Shown here piece after piece: positions 12,389-24,926 of a stretch of DNA of 63,607 bases (position 1 is its first letter; every line of letters starts with the position of its first letter). The stretch is from Ramazzottius varieornatus (taxonomy: Eukaryota; Animalia; Tardigrada), in assembly GCA_001949185.1 (NCBI GenBank), contig BDGG01000019.1, positions 1 to 63,607 on the forward strand, given 5' to 3'. Below the pieces are notes generated by a model that made no database searches, was not told where the DNA came from, and saw nothing but the letters and a program-made list of their open reading frames with translations. Both the position numbers and the translations under genes were made by a program.

Positions 12389-13627
12389 TAGGTCAGACTG
12401 GGATCACCAACTACTGTAGTACACCACCAGGACGTGACCATCGTACCTCCACAATTTCATACACGACTGACATTTCGACTGACATTGAGCTCTGATTTCA
12501 CCTTCGCTCTGATTTCTTTCGCCATATTGTTTCGCTATTGCACTCTTTCCATCGCTCCTGATTCGTTCATTTTCTCTTTCAGGTCTCAAGAGAAGAAAGA
12601 ATGACGTCTGGCGTCAGCAAGGCAGCAGAGGAGTCTTCCGACCTACTCACCTTCTTCTGCGGTCTCATTTGCCTCATGGCAATGGCGCAGCGGGTTTTGC
12701 GTTGAGCTTGGGGACTTTGGCTTCGCGGGCTGTCTGAGTTACGATAATGTCCAGCGGGAGGATGACTCCGCGCTGGACAGCTTATGTGTTGGTCTCGTCG
12801 CGGTGGGATTCCGTGCTGCTTCTTTCGTAATTCGCAAGCGGTTTTCGCCTGTAGATCGGATGTATCGAAGGGGACGTTTACGAGCTGCGGTCGTCGGTAC
12901 TCCGATACAACCTTCCCCTTCGTTAGCAAACGGATGACCACTGGCCTAGGTGAGTTGACCACCGTTGGATTTGTAATTTTTCCAGAGCCGAAGCGCCCTA
13001 TGTCGAATCGACGAATGGATCAGACTTTTGCTTATGGGACGGTCATGGTGTCGAAACATAAAAATATTTTGATTTTATTGATTAATCTTAGAGGAGCCAC
13101 AAAACTGTACTGGTGCCACAACATTTCCGTCAGAAAGTGATCTTCGGAATCCGAAAGCTGGTTCCGGATGCTGACCGGTCGACGTATGCTAGAAGAAGCT
13201 TGAGTCCGTATCATTACGTCGAAAATTTTCGTTCGATGGTTATCAAGATGCACCGGGCATTGTTCGCACAGTCTGAAAACACAACGAGAAAAGAAGGGCA
13301 AAAGTTTCGGCTAATAAGTAAGTGAGAATTGTATGATCAAGGCTAAGAGTACGAGACTACCCTGACCGACAGCAAACTTTTTTGGCCTACCGTACTCGAC
13401 CGATGTTGAGAAAATCTGCGTTGACAACTCACACAATATTAGTAAGCATATTTTGAGTCGATATTTTGGTAAGTTACAATCTGTTACATGACATAAAGAT
13501 TCGCAAGGAGGCGGAACCGACTTGGGATCGATAAGGACACAAAGTAGGAATAAAATACGAGTTGAAGTGAGAATTTAAACTATTTGCGAACCATTTGATT
13601 ATTCGGTTAGAGTGAAAGACGGCTAAC

Positions 13628-16600
13628 TTAGTTGGCGATAGGCTGATCCGGAGCACCAGCTAGGTCGTCGCTCCTCTCTTCTTCTTCCCCGTCGTACAGC
13701 CCGCTACTGACCTCTGAGGAACCAGGCGTGCGAGGCTCTTGCTCTTGGACCACGTCTAGACTGGCCGCATCGTTACCGAATAGCCGGGTCCCATCGGTCA
13801 CGTTGACCTAGAGAGCAGTTTCGTTCGTATGCTCAACTCTTGAAGCGAACCACGAAACGCAAATTTAAGGCAGATATTCCCGATAGCTTAGCCACTCTGT
13901 TGACATTTGTCCACGGCTTCACCACAAAAAAATTACTTCGCTAATACCTAAATGACTGGAGCAGTTGTTCGTGTTAAGCATCCGCGGTGACATAAAAATA
14001 TAAATATGGAATGGGCTTTATGTCTGTTCAAACCAAAGCGCGGAAAACTTCTTTTGAATTACTGTAGCCACGAACGCCTTGACTTCTCTTCCTGGTGTCA
14101 TACTCCTCGAACACTTTGCGCAACTCAGCCATTGTCTGTGGACCTACATCAAAATAACGTCGACTTTGCTAAGAGTTAAGCATCAAAGATTTGCCCTTGA
14201 TTTACAGCTAACTTGGCCAAGCTACTTACGGTAAAAGTAATGTTCGAAACGACGCACAACTGGTGGTATAATCATGCCGAGAGTCAATACACCGGTCAAC
14301 GCGCAAACGCACCCGACGATTTTTCCGCTGGGCGTTTTGGGATAAACGTCTCCGTATCCAATAGTGGTCCCTGTAAAAGTAACAAAGACCATGATTATAG
14401 CTCGCAAGATCGACTATACTGGCTGGAAGCTTTTGTCTGAAGGGTTTTCGAGTCTGTCGTGCTCATGCGAATGGCCGCCAGGAGTCCGACAATTCACTAC
14501 GATTGGCTTTCCCGGACTGCCTGAGTCTGGTCGAGGTTAATTTTTCAGCTGATGTCAGCCATTACTCCCCGCTTCTTACACGTAATGATCGCCCACCAAA
14601 AGGAAGCCGGAATACTAGTATAATCCGTTCCCGCAGTTCCTCGCTCGGCATAGTACATCGTGGCCGAGAAGAATACCATACCGACGAACAGGAAAAGCAA
14701 CATGATGCCGAGTTCGCGGTGGGCGTTACTGAAAGTCTGTTCGAGTACTCGCAACCCATCGGCATACTTCTCCATTTTGAAGGCACGGAAGATACGGAAG
14801 AAACGCAGAATCCGGAAGGCCAGCAGCCACGAAGTGGCTGAACCATCGTACTGGTCTTGACTGACGGCAGAAGCGATGAGGTCCACGATGAAGGGCACAA
14901 TGGACACGAAGTCGATCACCGTGGAGAACGTGCAGATGAAATCCTTCTTACTGGGACTGACCAGGAAGCGTACGATTATGTCGATGAGGAACCACGTGTT
15001 GCAGACAACGTCGATCACAAAAAATGGATTCTTTGCGCTGTTCTCCCTGCAATAAGATATGAATAGCATGGCCATAAAGAGGCCCATTCAGCAAAGTTGA
15101 CACTGTCTTTTTAAAAATTCAGTCCGTCCTCGCCCGCCTCGCTTATGCACCAAAACGATGCTAAAACTAATGAGCAAACTTTTTGGTATGATGTGAGCAC
15201 CAAAAGAGCCGTTTACAACAAACGGTTCAAAAAATATGAGATTGATATAAGGCGCACTTTCCTGAAACCTGTGAAAACATAGACGCCAGATGACAAGGGC
15301 AAAATGTTTTCCCAGAAAAAAATTAAAATCTTTCAAGACTTAGCAGTGTTTTTCAGACGACTAATGTTCAAAATCTGGAAAATGTTCAAAGAAATCCCGA
15401 GCAGAATCTCAAAAAGCGTTGTGGCACCAAGTTTCAAAAAGTCGAAAGCGTGTTTGTTATACGCAGAATAACTTCGGAAACGAGGAACCAAGTGGCGCAT
15501 AATGAAAGCCACAGACCTAAATTTTTTGAGGGGCAACCGGGTCAATTGAACGACAGGGTCGACTTCACCGTACACGCAAGACGAGAAATTATGGTACAGG
15601 CGGAAAGGACGGCGAAATGGAAATTCGACCGTACAAAAGGGTCGAAAATGTATTACTGTGGATCGATCGCGTACGTATGTGCTCCCGTACCGCCGTAGCG
15701 AAAAGGCCTGTACCACAATGTTTACTGTACCATAATATCTCGTCCTGCGTGTACAGTAGAAGAATGGAAAAAATCCATTCCTAAAATGATATGCGCATGA
15801 ATTACATAACAGATGTAGTTCTATACTGTAATTTGGTAACAAAAGAAGTTTATCAAGCCGCCAAGCTCTCCATTTTTCAGACACCTGCATTTTCATTAAG
15901 AGAGCAAAAAAATTACGGCAGCCCGTTTCATCACTCACCTAAAGTAAGCCTTTGTGCAGATAATGGTTCCATTCTCCGTCTGTTCGAAGTCTTGAAATTC
16001 AGGTAGCGTTACTGTACAAAGCGAAATCATGGCTAGGACAACCAAGCAGATATCGAAGATGGCCAGCATCTGAGCCGCGAGGGAACTTCCGGGATCGTTG
16101 AACAGATCATAGATCAACCTCTGTGTTGGGTTCTTCGGCTCTTTTGGTGGGTCATCGTACAGATCTTCAGCGCGCAGGAAGTTCTCCACAGCGTCTTCTC
16201 CGATCTCATAGTACAGAAGCTCGCGTACGAACACATGCAGCGGAACCGTAGTTGGTCGCACAAAATCTCCTGAATAGTAATATTCCAACACGGAGCCGAA
16301 AGCCGCAGGACTACGGTCAAAGAAGTACTCATTCGTAGCTGGATCATAGAACTCTTCTCTGCGTTTCGCATTCCCCAGTAAAGTGTCCGGGTACTTCGCT
16401 AGCGTAGAGGCTCTAGTTTTGAAGATGGTTCCGCCAACGTTCAACATTATGATTTCATCCGTCGGAAGCCTGAACTTGAGCTGCGGGAAATCCCAACCGG
16501 ATACTTGCATGGGAATATCGTCGGCCTCAATGGTGAGTCCAGAGTTCGTGGAGCTTCCAAACGACTCAGTCCGGGGGACTAGTTCAATTTCGGAGGAATT

Positions 16601-16690
16601 GTACCGAAAGTTTCCAAGTGCCATCTTCATATCAGACATTTCCCTGTTGGACAACCCGCCTCTCGGATCAACCGACACCCTGGACATCAT
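13628..16690 (-). CDS. Voltage-gated potassium channel subunit, Shaker(Kv1)-like but divergent, about 5 exons
   Basis: T1 domain (LNVGG, YPDTLLG, EYFFDR, RPTTVP); S4 FRILRFFRIFRAFKMEK; pore SIPASFWWAIIT|WTTIGYGDVYP. Exons about 16690-15939, 15047-14580, 14370-14230, 14143-14076, 13808-13628. Confidence 0.9.
15573..15751. mobile_element. MITE family A copy 2 (in Kv intron 1)
   Basis: TA|CACGCAAGACGAG...CTCGTCCTGCGTG|TA; homologous to 7411-7611. Confidence 0.85.
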
Positions 16691-17103
16691 CGTTAGTTTG
16701 CCTTCTTCAAACCGTTCTTTTCAAAATGTCGTTCGTGTTAGGTTTGGAATATGTCGGTCAGTTTTTTTCAAGATCAAGTCATGACAGCTCCACCACTGTC
16801 TTTTCGGCTTGTTTACTTTTCTTCTAGGCTCGCTTTCACGAGCACAGTCCACAGTAGCATTCTTTAATTGGCAGCGACTTGCAATAGTGTTGGATGTCTC
16901 TGACTGCTGACAGGGTAGTTATTCTGGGCACATAGACTGGATGGTCTTGACGCGGTTCATTTTGTAATTAGAAAACGGTAGCGGAACTAGATAGCATGTT
17001 TCCATACTGTTGTCGTTTTCGACGGCGGTGAAACAAGTCAAAGCAAACAATTTAAACACACATGGATGCAAGAATGACTTGATCAGAACCTAGGAAGCTA
17101 CTA

Positions 17104-18880
17104 TCAATGTCGCACACATGATCCGGGTTTTCGAAACCGAAGACGCATCACCTTTTCCGCACACTTGTTGCAAATGAAGACAAAAGCTACAAGGAGCATA
17201 AGAGCGAAAGCTAACATACCCAGAAAGTCAGCAGGTACGGGTCGACCGGTACTGAAGTACGCGAGGCCTCCGCCCACGATGGACAGGACGACGAGGCTTC
17301 CTGCTAGCGCTACCCCGATCCTCAGCTACAAACAAAACTGGCTCATAGGCCTCATGCACCTGTAGCAGACTAACGCTCGACAGTTTACGAACCTTGCTTG
17401 CTCTTCTTCGCGTTGCGGCTTTGTCCGATATTTCGTTTGACACGATAAGGATGGTTTCTTTGGCTTTTTCGACGTTTTCTTCCGCAATCTTGAGGCTGTG
17501 TTCCTGTACGAAACAGAATGGGGATCGTTGGCTGTATCTGAGTTTGCCAAGCAATTTGCGCGAATGCACCTGACTACCTGGAAGTCAACAAAGAAAGCGA
17601 TGTCGTCAAAGAGCCGCTTTACCACCAGAGCTTCTGCTTCGATTTTGCGAAGGTCCCGCAGTTGCATGGCCGCATCCGACAGACTGGTGTAGTTTTCCAT
17701 GGTCTGAAGTACGGAACATGATACATTTAAGGTATAGAGAAAACTGGGCTGACTGGGGCAGTACCGGTTTGGTCGCCTCAGTCCGGACTTCCGGGTTCAC
17801 TACTGTCCACTCTGTGTCCTGACTATCGTTGCGCGTTACGTATCCTGTCGAAAAGAAGTAGTAATCCCGGCGGAATAACAACTTGGTCTGTATGTTTGCG
17901 TACAGTACCTCGTACCTGTTGCATCGGAGCCGTGTGCAGTAGGCTCGCGCACAGCGCGATCGGGATCATTTCTCAGCGAACTCTCAGCCAGAAACTCCTT
18001 CCTCTGATCTACATATAGTTCGAAATTCGCCTGTACATGACCGAAGCGTTCCCGCACGTCCTTGAGTCTTTCGGATACCAACCTATACTGAAGAAACAAA
18101 ATAGCAACTAGCGGTGGCCAGATGTATGTTCGAAAAACACTGAAGACAGTAAAGAAGCAGAAACTGTACTGTCTTCGTCCTCACTTGTTCTTTCATGATG
18201 GTCTTTTCATAGTCGGATAACTGGGCGAACGGTCTGGTAGTTGCCTCCGCTTGAGCTTCTGAAACAGAACGCTGTTAAGTCGATCATTGTCCAGTCTTGA
18301 AGCACTGTAGCAAACCGACTACATGACCCGAAATACAATAGAGTTTCCGCATACCTTCGAGGTTGTCTCTGGCAGCGGAACACAGTACAAAGACCTCATG
18401 AATACCGATTTCGTGCAGTTCTTTTCTTGCGGTGGTAGAGACGATGTTCCGGGAAGTGTGCAGAGCCAAAGCGCCGATCGAAAAGCTTTCTGGGTCCTGG
18501 TTATGAACTGATGTGTGCGCTCGATGCAGTCGTTCTAGCCCGACGACTTTCTGCTCCACTGCGGATAAAATTTCCACGACACGCGAAACCTGCAATATAG
18601 ACATGGAGCGGGCACAATCGGTAGCGGTAGACGGAATTCTCGGAATACGTACCTTGTTGAAGAACAGCGACAGGGGACTGTTCGATAGTTGGGTGGCTTC
18701 TTCCAGACAGTCTTTCTCAGATTCCGACAGCATGGACAAGGATCGTACAGCTTTCAGCACGCGAACCCGAAACGAGTTTCGCTTCTGAGAAAGAGGCATT
18801 TGAAGTTGTGGAATTCCGAAAAGAAAAGGGACAAAACCCCAACTTACCCCTCGAAATTCCGGAAGTCGGTCTTTCGGCAT
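17104..18880 (-). CDS. Divergent syntaxin (Qa-SNARE), multi-exon
   Basis: N-peptide MPKDRLPEF; helical Habc-like exons; SNARE motif LRKIEAEALVVKRLFDDIAFFVDFQ|EHSLKIAEENVEKA; hydrophobic C-terminal exon. Confidence 0.75.
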
Positions 18881-19378
18881 GGTGTTCGACCGCGATGGGA
18901 CAGTCACAACCGGAAGAGTACTTTGGCGAACCCGACATTCAATACGGTGACTAACCTTGTTGGGGAAAGGAGCTTTTGAACAGGAGGAAAGTGGTTGGGC
19001 GCGTACGCGAAACAATGTTACTTTGTCAGTTAGGCTGTGAAGTTGAGTGATCTATCTTCAGGTTGACGAGTGTCGAAGCCATAAAACAATTTGATGACCC
19101 CATAAAGCTCGCGCGTCTAAATTTTTGATTTAGAACCAGAGATATGCGCTATAAGCAGTGAGGAAAATGAAGCCATGCAATGAAAATGTCTGATAAATTG
19201 ATGACAGGAATTGTACAGCGAGCATACCTCAGACACAAAACATCTGAGAGACAGTTTTCCAATAGCTGACATGTTACGTCCTGAGCTTCTCGGCACAACC
19301 AGCGCCTTACAGGTATACCGGCAGATATTGTTATCCACCCATTCTCCATAACTCCACCTGATCGAGATTTTTGTACGT

Positions 19379-21268
19379 TCAGGCTGTCATATTCGAGACC
19401 ATTGTTGTGTTGACACAGTCCTTCCTTCTGGAACTCGGAAACGTACCACAGTCGGGCCTGCCGTCCGATATCAAAATGACAACCGCCGTCAAAACGGCGA
19501 AAATGGCAAAGCCGACGAAGGCGAAGAGAATCAGCGTCTTGATGTTGGACTATCAATCAACATCATAAAGCAACATTTATTACCGTCGCCACGAGTCGAA
19601 TTCTGCCATCGTGAGTCAAGCTTGATTTCAGGTGTCAGAAGCGTACAAACTTGATAAATCGTTACTTACCCGACGTTCGTGTTCTTCCAGTGTCTTCTGG
19701 AAGTCCCGGCGAACTTCCGCTTCCGTCTTTGCTGCGACACCGGTCGGTAGCTCTAGATCTGGAACGTATTTTCCGAGTTCGTCGATTCTATCTAGCAAAT
19801 CGGCCTGCAAAGTGTCAAGCGTATCTCTGGACATCCCACACAAGCACAGCGGAAAAACAACTGAACGAAGTCTAGTCGATTGAAAGTCATTCGAATCGAA
19901 CGATGAACCAACTGGGGTTTTTCAGCTTTTGCTTTACCTGACTCTCCACAAGCCATGCGAAAGACTCGAGTGCCTTCATGACATCGCGGATGCTCGTGCC
20001 CAGGTCTCTCGTTTCAGCCAGTGGTCCTTCCATCTCATTCGCATTGGACATTTTCCTGTGGTCCCTTAGGTCACTTACAGTCGAACAACCTGCATTCACA
20101 TTAGACGAAAGGTAAATTCAGGCCAACCTCCACGGTCGGTGTATCGCAGAAAAAGAACCCGCAATATTAATACTTGCTTACGTCGAGAAGCCTGAACGGT
20201 CTCAAGGCCGCTTTGCCATTTGTGGTAGTTCTTCTCCATCCTTTGGAAGTCCTCCATCAGTCTCGTCAACCTTGCTATGAACTCTTTGTACTAGGAAGAA
20301 ACTCTCGTTGAAAGTCTGCAAGGGAAGTGAAGTAAAACTATCCAGAAGTGCTTCACTTACTTCGAGCTGGCGGACTTTTGCATCCATGTCTAAAATTCCT
20401 GTTTCACCAGCAGTCTGAACTTCGTATTTCACCTCTGGGGAAAAAGCGTCATCGAATTTTGCCAGACATTTATCATCATTGACTTATGTGAATAACTGAA
20501 TATTATAAGTATAAACTGCGCGGAGCCACGGACCTGCAATCTGGTCTTGGACCACACCGCATAAGCGTTGAATTTCCCGGACAATACTGTCGTGTTGTTC
20601 TCGGTAGTGCAGGAAACCCTCCACGAAATCGTCGTCGGTTGTCTTTCCCTCTGCCGTCCTTGCGTAAAAGTCCTCCAGAGCCTTTAGACGGAGCTCCAAA
20701 AGTTTCACAGTATGGTCCATCGACTCGGTCTAAGAGCATCATTGACAACAATACTGTGAAATTACCAGTTCGATGATACTGGTCAAAGTGAAGTGGGGAA
20801 ATGATCCGAACCAAATCGTTTTCGCCAAGTGGCGCACACTTTTAGCCAACGACAATGAAGATATGCGTCTCTTGAGATAACTTTCCGGTTCAACTCATTT
20901 CACGCGTCCCAAATAGGAAACTGATATGAAAAGTCTCTATTCTAACCCAGACTTACGCTATCCAGGAAGGCTTGCGTGGATGACTTCCTCCTGCTGGCTT
21001 TCGGCGGTGTCAGCATAGGCCGTGCTTCCTCCTCCTCCAGGACAGTCGCGACACTGGGTCGTTGGGATGGTGCCGTTGAGACCATTTCCTCATCCTCGAG
21101 CACTGCACTGAGCTTCTTCTTTCGACCCTCGAATGTCTTGCCTTCCTTCTCATCCTTCTTCAGGTTCTCCCCCACAGCAAGCAGCAATGCATGCACCGAA
21201 TCTTTCCTTGGTTTTCGATGACTGTGCGTGATTGTCGAGGCCGGTCCGAACGTAACATGGCGGTCCAT
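19379..21268 (-). CDS. Second divergent syntaxin-like protein, multi-exon
   Basis: Spliced SIRDVMKALESFAWLVESQ|ADLLDRIDE resembles syntaxin-1 MAMLVESQGEMIDRIE; terminal exon SNIKTLILFAFVGFAIFAVLTAVVILISDG supplies a tail anchor. Confidence 0.7.
20826..20874. repeat. CAAGTGGCGCAC palindrome module (1 unit)
   Basis: CAAGTGGCGCAC-N25-ATGCGTCTCTTG in an intron of the second syntaxin. Confidence 0.75.
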
Positions 21269-21767
21269 CTTACCCTTCAAATACCTGTAGAAGTTCTTCC
21301 GACGCCAGCAACAGTTCCGTTCCACTCGGTGTAACAACGAACTACTTCTGCGCTTACCCACACTTTGTTTACCGGAAGTTAAAGACGTGCGACTCGATGT
21401 CATTTCCAGCCTTTGAACGCAAGTTTAATTACCGGAAGAATCTTCGAAAGCTAATCGATAAGAATTTTACTGCAACACTCAAAGTACATCAGTTCAACTG
21501 GGAAGTAAGCCTCCCGTTCCAAATGAATTACTGGAAGTCTCGTAACCAGGAAATCTAGCTTGTGCTGGGTTTCTTTTTGGTTGTTTGCACCTATTAAAAC
21601 TTGAAAACGAAAACCAATAAAATATATGAGTTTAAATAAGTTACTCTCTAAGCAAAGAAGCCAGACATGAGCGAGAATAAGACCATAATATTTTGTGATA
21701 TTTATCTCGAGATTTTGAAACTCAAGAATATTCGCTAAGACGTTAAGAAAGACTGAGAAATCCAGAC

Positions 21768-24004
21768 TCACATTTCCCACTTGGGCCAGTGCTTTTCATT
21801 GGGCAGCTGGTTGTTTTTGAGATAAGTATCCCAGTTGTTGGTATCGGGGATCTGCTTCCACATCTGGGTTCGAACTGCGGACTTTTCCGGAGTCTCCATA
21901 TCCCCCAAGCAGCCCACATGCCAGAAGCCCACACCGTGCAAATCGTTGCTAACCGCCCACAGGTAGCGGAGGAGCAGACTTTGGGGATCGTCGTAGTGCA
22001 CTTGGTGCATCGTACCGTTTGCGTGCTACAAGGAACAAAAGACCCCCCACTCATTTCGACCATTTTCCCCTTTCCATATCGTTTCAGTCTCCTTCCTATA
22101 TCTCTACTTATTAATTTCGAGTTGTTCCTTATTTTCCAGCGTATCTGACCACGATGTTCCATTTTCTAAGCGGCGTACACTTCCAACCAACAACACTGAA
22201 GACGTGCGCCACTTGGGACAGCAATCAAACTCGGAAACATCCTTTTTTCAAATGGCGCACGGTTCCAGTTAATAACATGGGAATCGTCCGCCAATAGGAG
22301 AAGCAATCTTGTAAATTTGTGTGCCGATCTCTCATTTCAGTCTGTCTGTATTTCCCTGTGGCTGAACTTGTTTTTATTTAGAAGTTTAGTTGGCTGGATT
22401 TATCAAGTGTCAATGCAACTTCTGCACTGCAGGTATGGTTGTTTACCTTGTAGTTGAATCGTGGCGCTTCGCCGTCGACGGTCCACTTTCTGCCATCGGT
22501 GCTCTGGTTCTTCAGAATATCCAGAATCTCGTCAAGCTGCTTTTGCTGGCCGACTAAATCACTGCAGGGCGCACCGTGAAACTCAGCCCGCGGGATATCA
22601 CAGACATCATTCTGAAATCAACATATCAAAATGAACAATCGATTCTACTTTTTCATGAAAGTTAAACGAAAGCGATATTTATGAATTTCACATCAACAAA
22701 CCTACCTCGCTAATTTTCACACAGGGGTAATCATAACCATACCACGGAAGACCAAGAATCAACTTTTCCGCAGGAATATTCAAGGACAGATAACCTCGAA
22801 CACCTGCAAAAGAATGAAGCATTACAACCTGTAAAAAATTCTGTTATTGTAAACCTTTTTGAAATTATTCGTGTTTTTACCGTCGACCATTCGGAGGAAA
22901 GGTGTGTTAGACATGGCGATACAGCTGGGTCCCCACACCTGTCCTTGAATATCATATGACATGACAAAGAGGAAATCGCACACTTCGGCCAAGGCTTCAT
23001 AGTCGTAGCATCGCCTGTCAACGCACGCCGGCGACCACGCCACATCGAAGCTAATCTATCAACGACAAAAAATACCGGTTAGCTCATTACCTAACTCATG
23101 TAGAAGCCTCGCCTTTCGTGGAGGTTAATCACATACCTTCGAGCCAGGAACCGCAGCACTAAACGCGGTGCGTGTTTCTTTCACGAGGTCGATTAAGCCT
23201 ACGCGTTCGGGACTGTTCAACGCGATGGGGTATTCCGGGTCGAAGTTCAGCCCGTCGAGGAAGTTATTCTGGACGATGGCGAGCTTCTTCGCAATCCATT
23301 CTTTCCGGAAAGCGGGGTCGGTCAGCTTCTCAACAGGGAAGTCGGAAGCCACGAGACTGCAAGAGGAAAATCGTATCTGGCGATCCGATATGTCTCATAT
23401 TACACGTCACAACGTAATGCTGGGATGTCATACAACACAGCACTATGCCCCATTCAACGCTTGGTTCAGTCTGTGACCATATTACTGCACTACCGATCTT
23501 AATGTATAGAGCACCATAAAGCAGTCAAAACACATTCTGAGCAAAAATGCGATGCAGCTGCTCCCGCCACTTCGATTGATTTGGTTGCAGTTGATTGACT
23601 GAACTTACTCGAGTCGGACTCCTTTTTCATGAGCGAAGCACATTAGTTCGTCGTTGAACTCCCACATAGCCAACTACGAAAGTAAGAAGGAACTTAGTAC
23701 AAATACGGAATCTGGAGAGAAGAGAGCAGTTTACCGTGGTGAGTTTGTCCCAGTCGTACTTCATATAAGTGGCGGAGTCATTCTTGACGGCGAATCCATA
23801 GACTTCTTTCCTTGCCGTCTTTTGTACAGGTTGGCATAAACCGGCGTCTTTACAAGGACAATGGCGAGTACCAGTCCGTTTGGCAGCATGAGGCGCTGGA
23901 TCAGAAGATGAGGCGCCATGGCCTTGACTGATGAACAGTCCCATCGACAGGAGGAGAAGAAGCCAGCCGCTGCTCGGAAGCGATTTGACGATCTGCGTCA
24001 GCAT
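21768..24004 (-). CDS. CTBS: Di-N-acetylchitobiase (GH18), multi-exon
   Basis: Signal peptide; CPCKDAGLCQP...EVYGF...YDWDKLTTV; catalytic FLDGLNFDPE; DVAWSPACVDRRCYDY...FLFVMSYD; HQVHYDDPQSL...GVGFW. Confidence 0.9.
22167..22297. repeat. CAAGTGGCGCAC palindrome module, 2-unit array
   Basis: Units 22167-22215 and 22249-22297, both with 25-nt spacers, period 82; in the last CTBS intron. Confidence 0.8.
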
Positions 24005-24926
24005 GTTGATTATTGATCATGTGATGTCATGCAGAACCACATAGAATAGCTCTTTTGCGTCGCTCCGACGTCAGCCTTCTCAAAATATCCCAGTTTCCAA
24101 GAGCTCCAGCCGGTAAGAACCTGCAACGAGGAAATGTTGAATGGCAAGATTATTTCCTGCAGAAACGATGAAGTTATGAACCGAGAAACACTGTTAGAGT
24201 CTTTGTTTCCCTTGCAGGTTGATTGTTCTGGATAAAAACCGGAAATGCGACTTTTGCGATAGCCGTACAATGTACAATGTCTCCGCAGAAGGCCATTCAT
24301 TCACCAACCTTGGAATTTGCAGTACATGGCGTGCCAGATATGACCACAATGCCGTGGGCGTGACGCTGTCGAACTTCAGCGCCAACCCACTTTGATAGCC
24401 AATGGCTACTTTTGATTATCTTCGCTTCACAGATGGCACTGCTGCACAAGGAACCCTTTGACTGTGATTTCGTTCGCAGATGCATGGCGAATGTTTACTG
24501 TATCCGACAGCTGACTGGAGAGGGAAACAAAAAACCTTGGTGGTTTTTCGGTGCCGGTAAAAACTACGATACCGACGACCGGTTCAGTCTTCGGCCACCA
24601 CAGAATGCGAAAGGTAGGAATATTCGACGGATGTTTGTTGATTCCGAACTTCTCACCTCGACAAGTTGCTTACAATGGTTCACAATAGTACAATGTTGTT
24701 GACAGATATAAAGAATAGCCTGAGGGAGTGTCAGGCATGAGACGCACTGTTTGGCCCTTGCAGTTTGCAGAACAAAGAAAGCTCTGTCTCGAGATAGCTG
24801 ATCAACTTCATATCCATGACGAAAATCTAAATTTTCCTTAATGCTGTCTATCGCACTGTCAAGAACTCGTCTTTCTTCGACACGCTGGAATCTGTGCTGA
24901 GTGTTGGAGGAACTCTTCCCGTAACC

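Noticed and set aside
12579-13301. Minus-strand ORFs downstream of the Kv gene
   Set aside because: The Kv gene has a plausible stop at 13628 and these ORFs have no recognisable domain; a small gene cannot be excluded.
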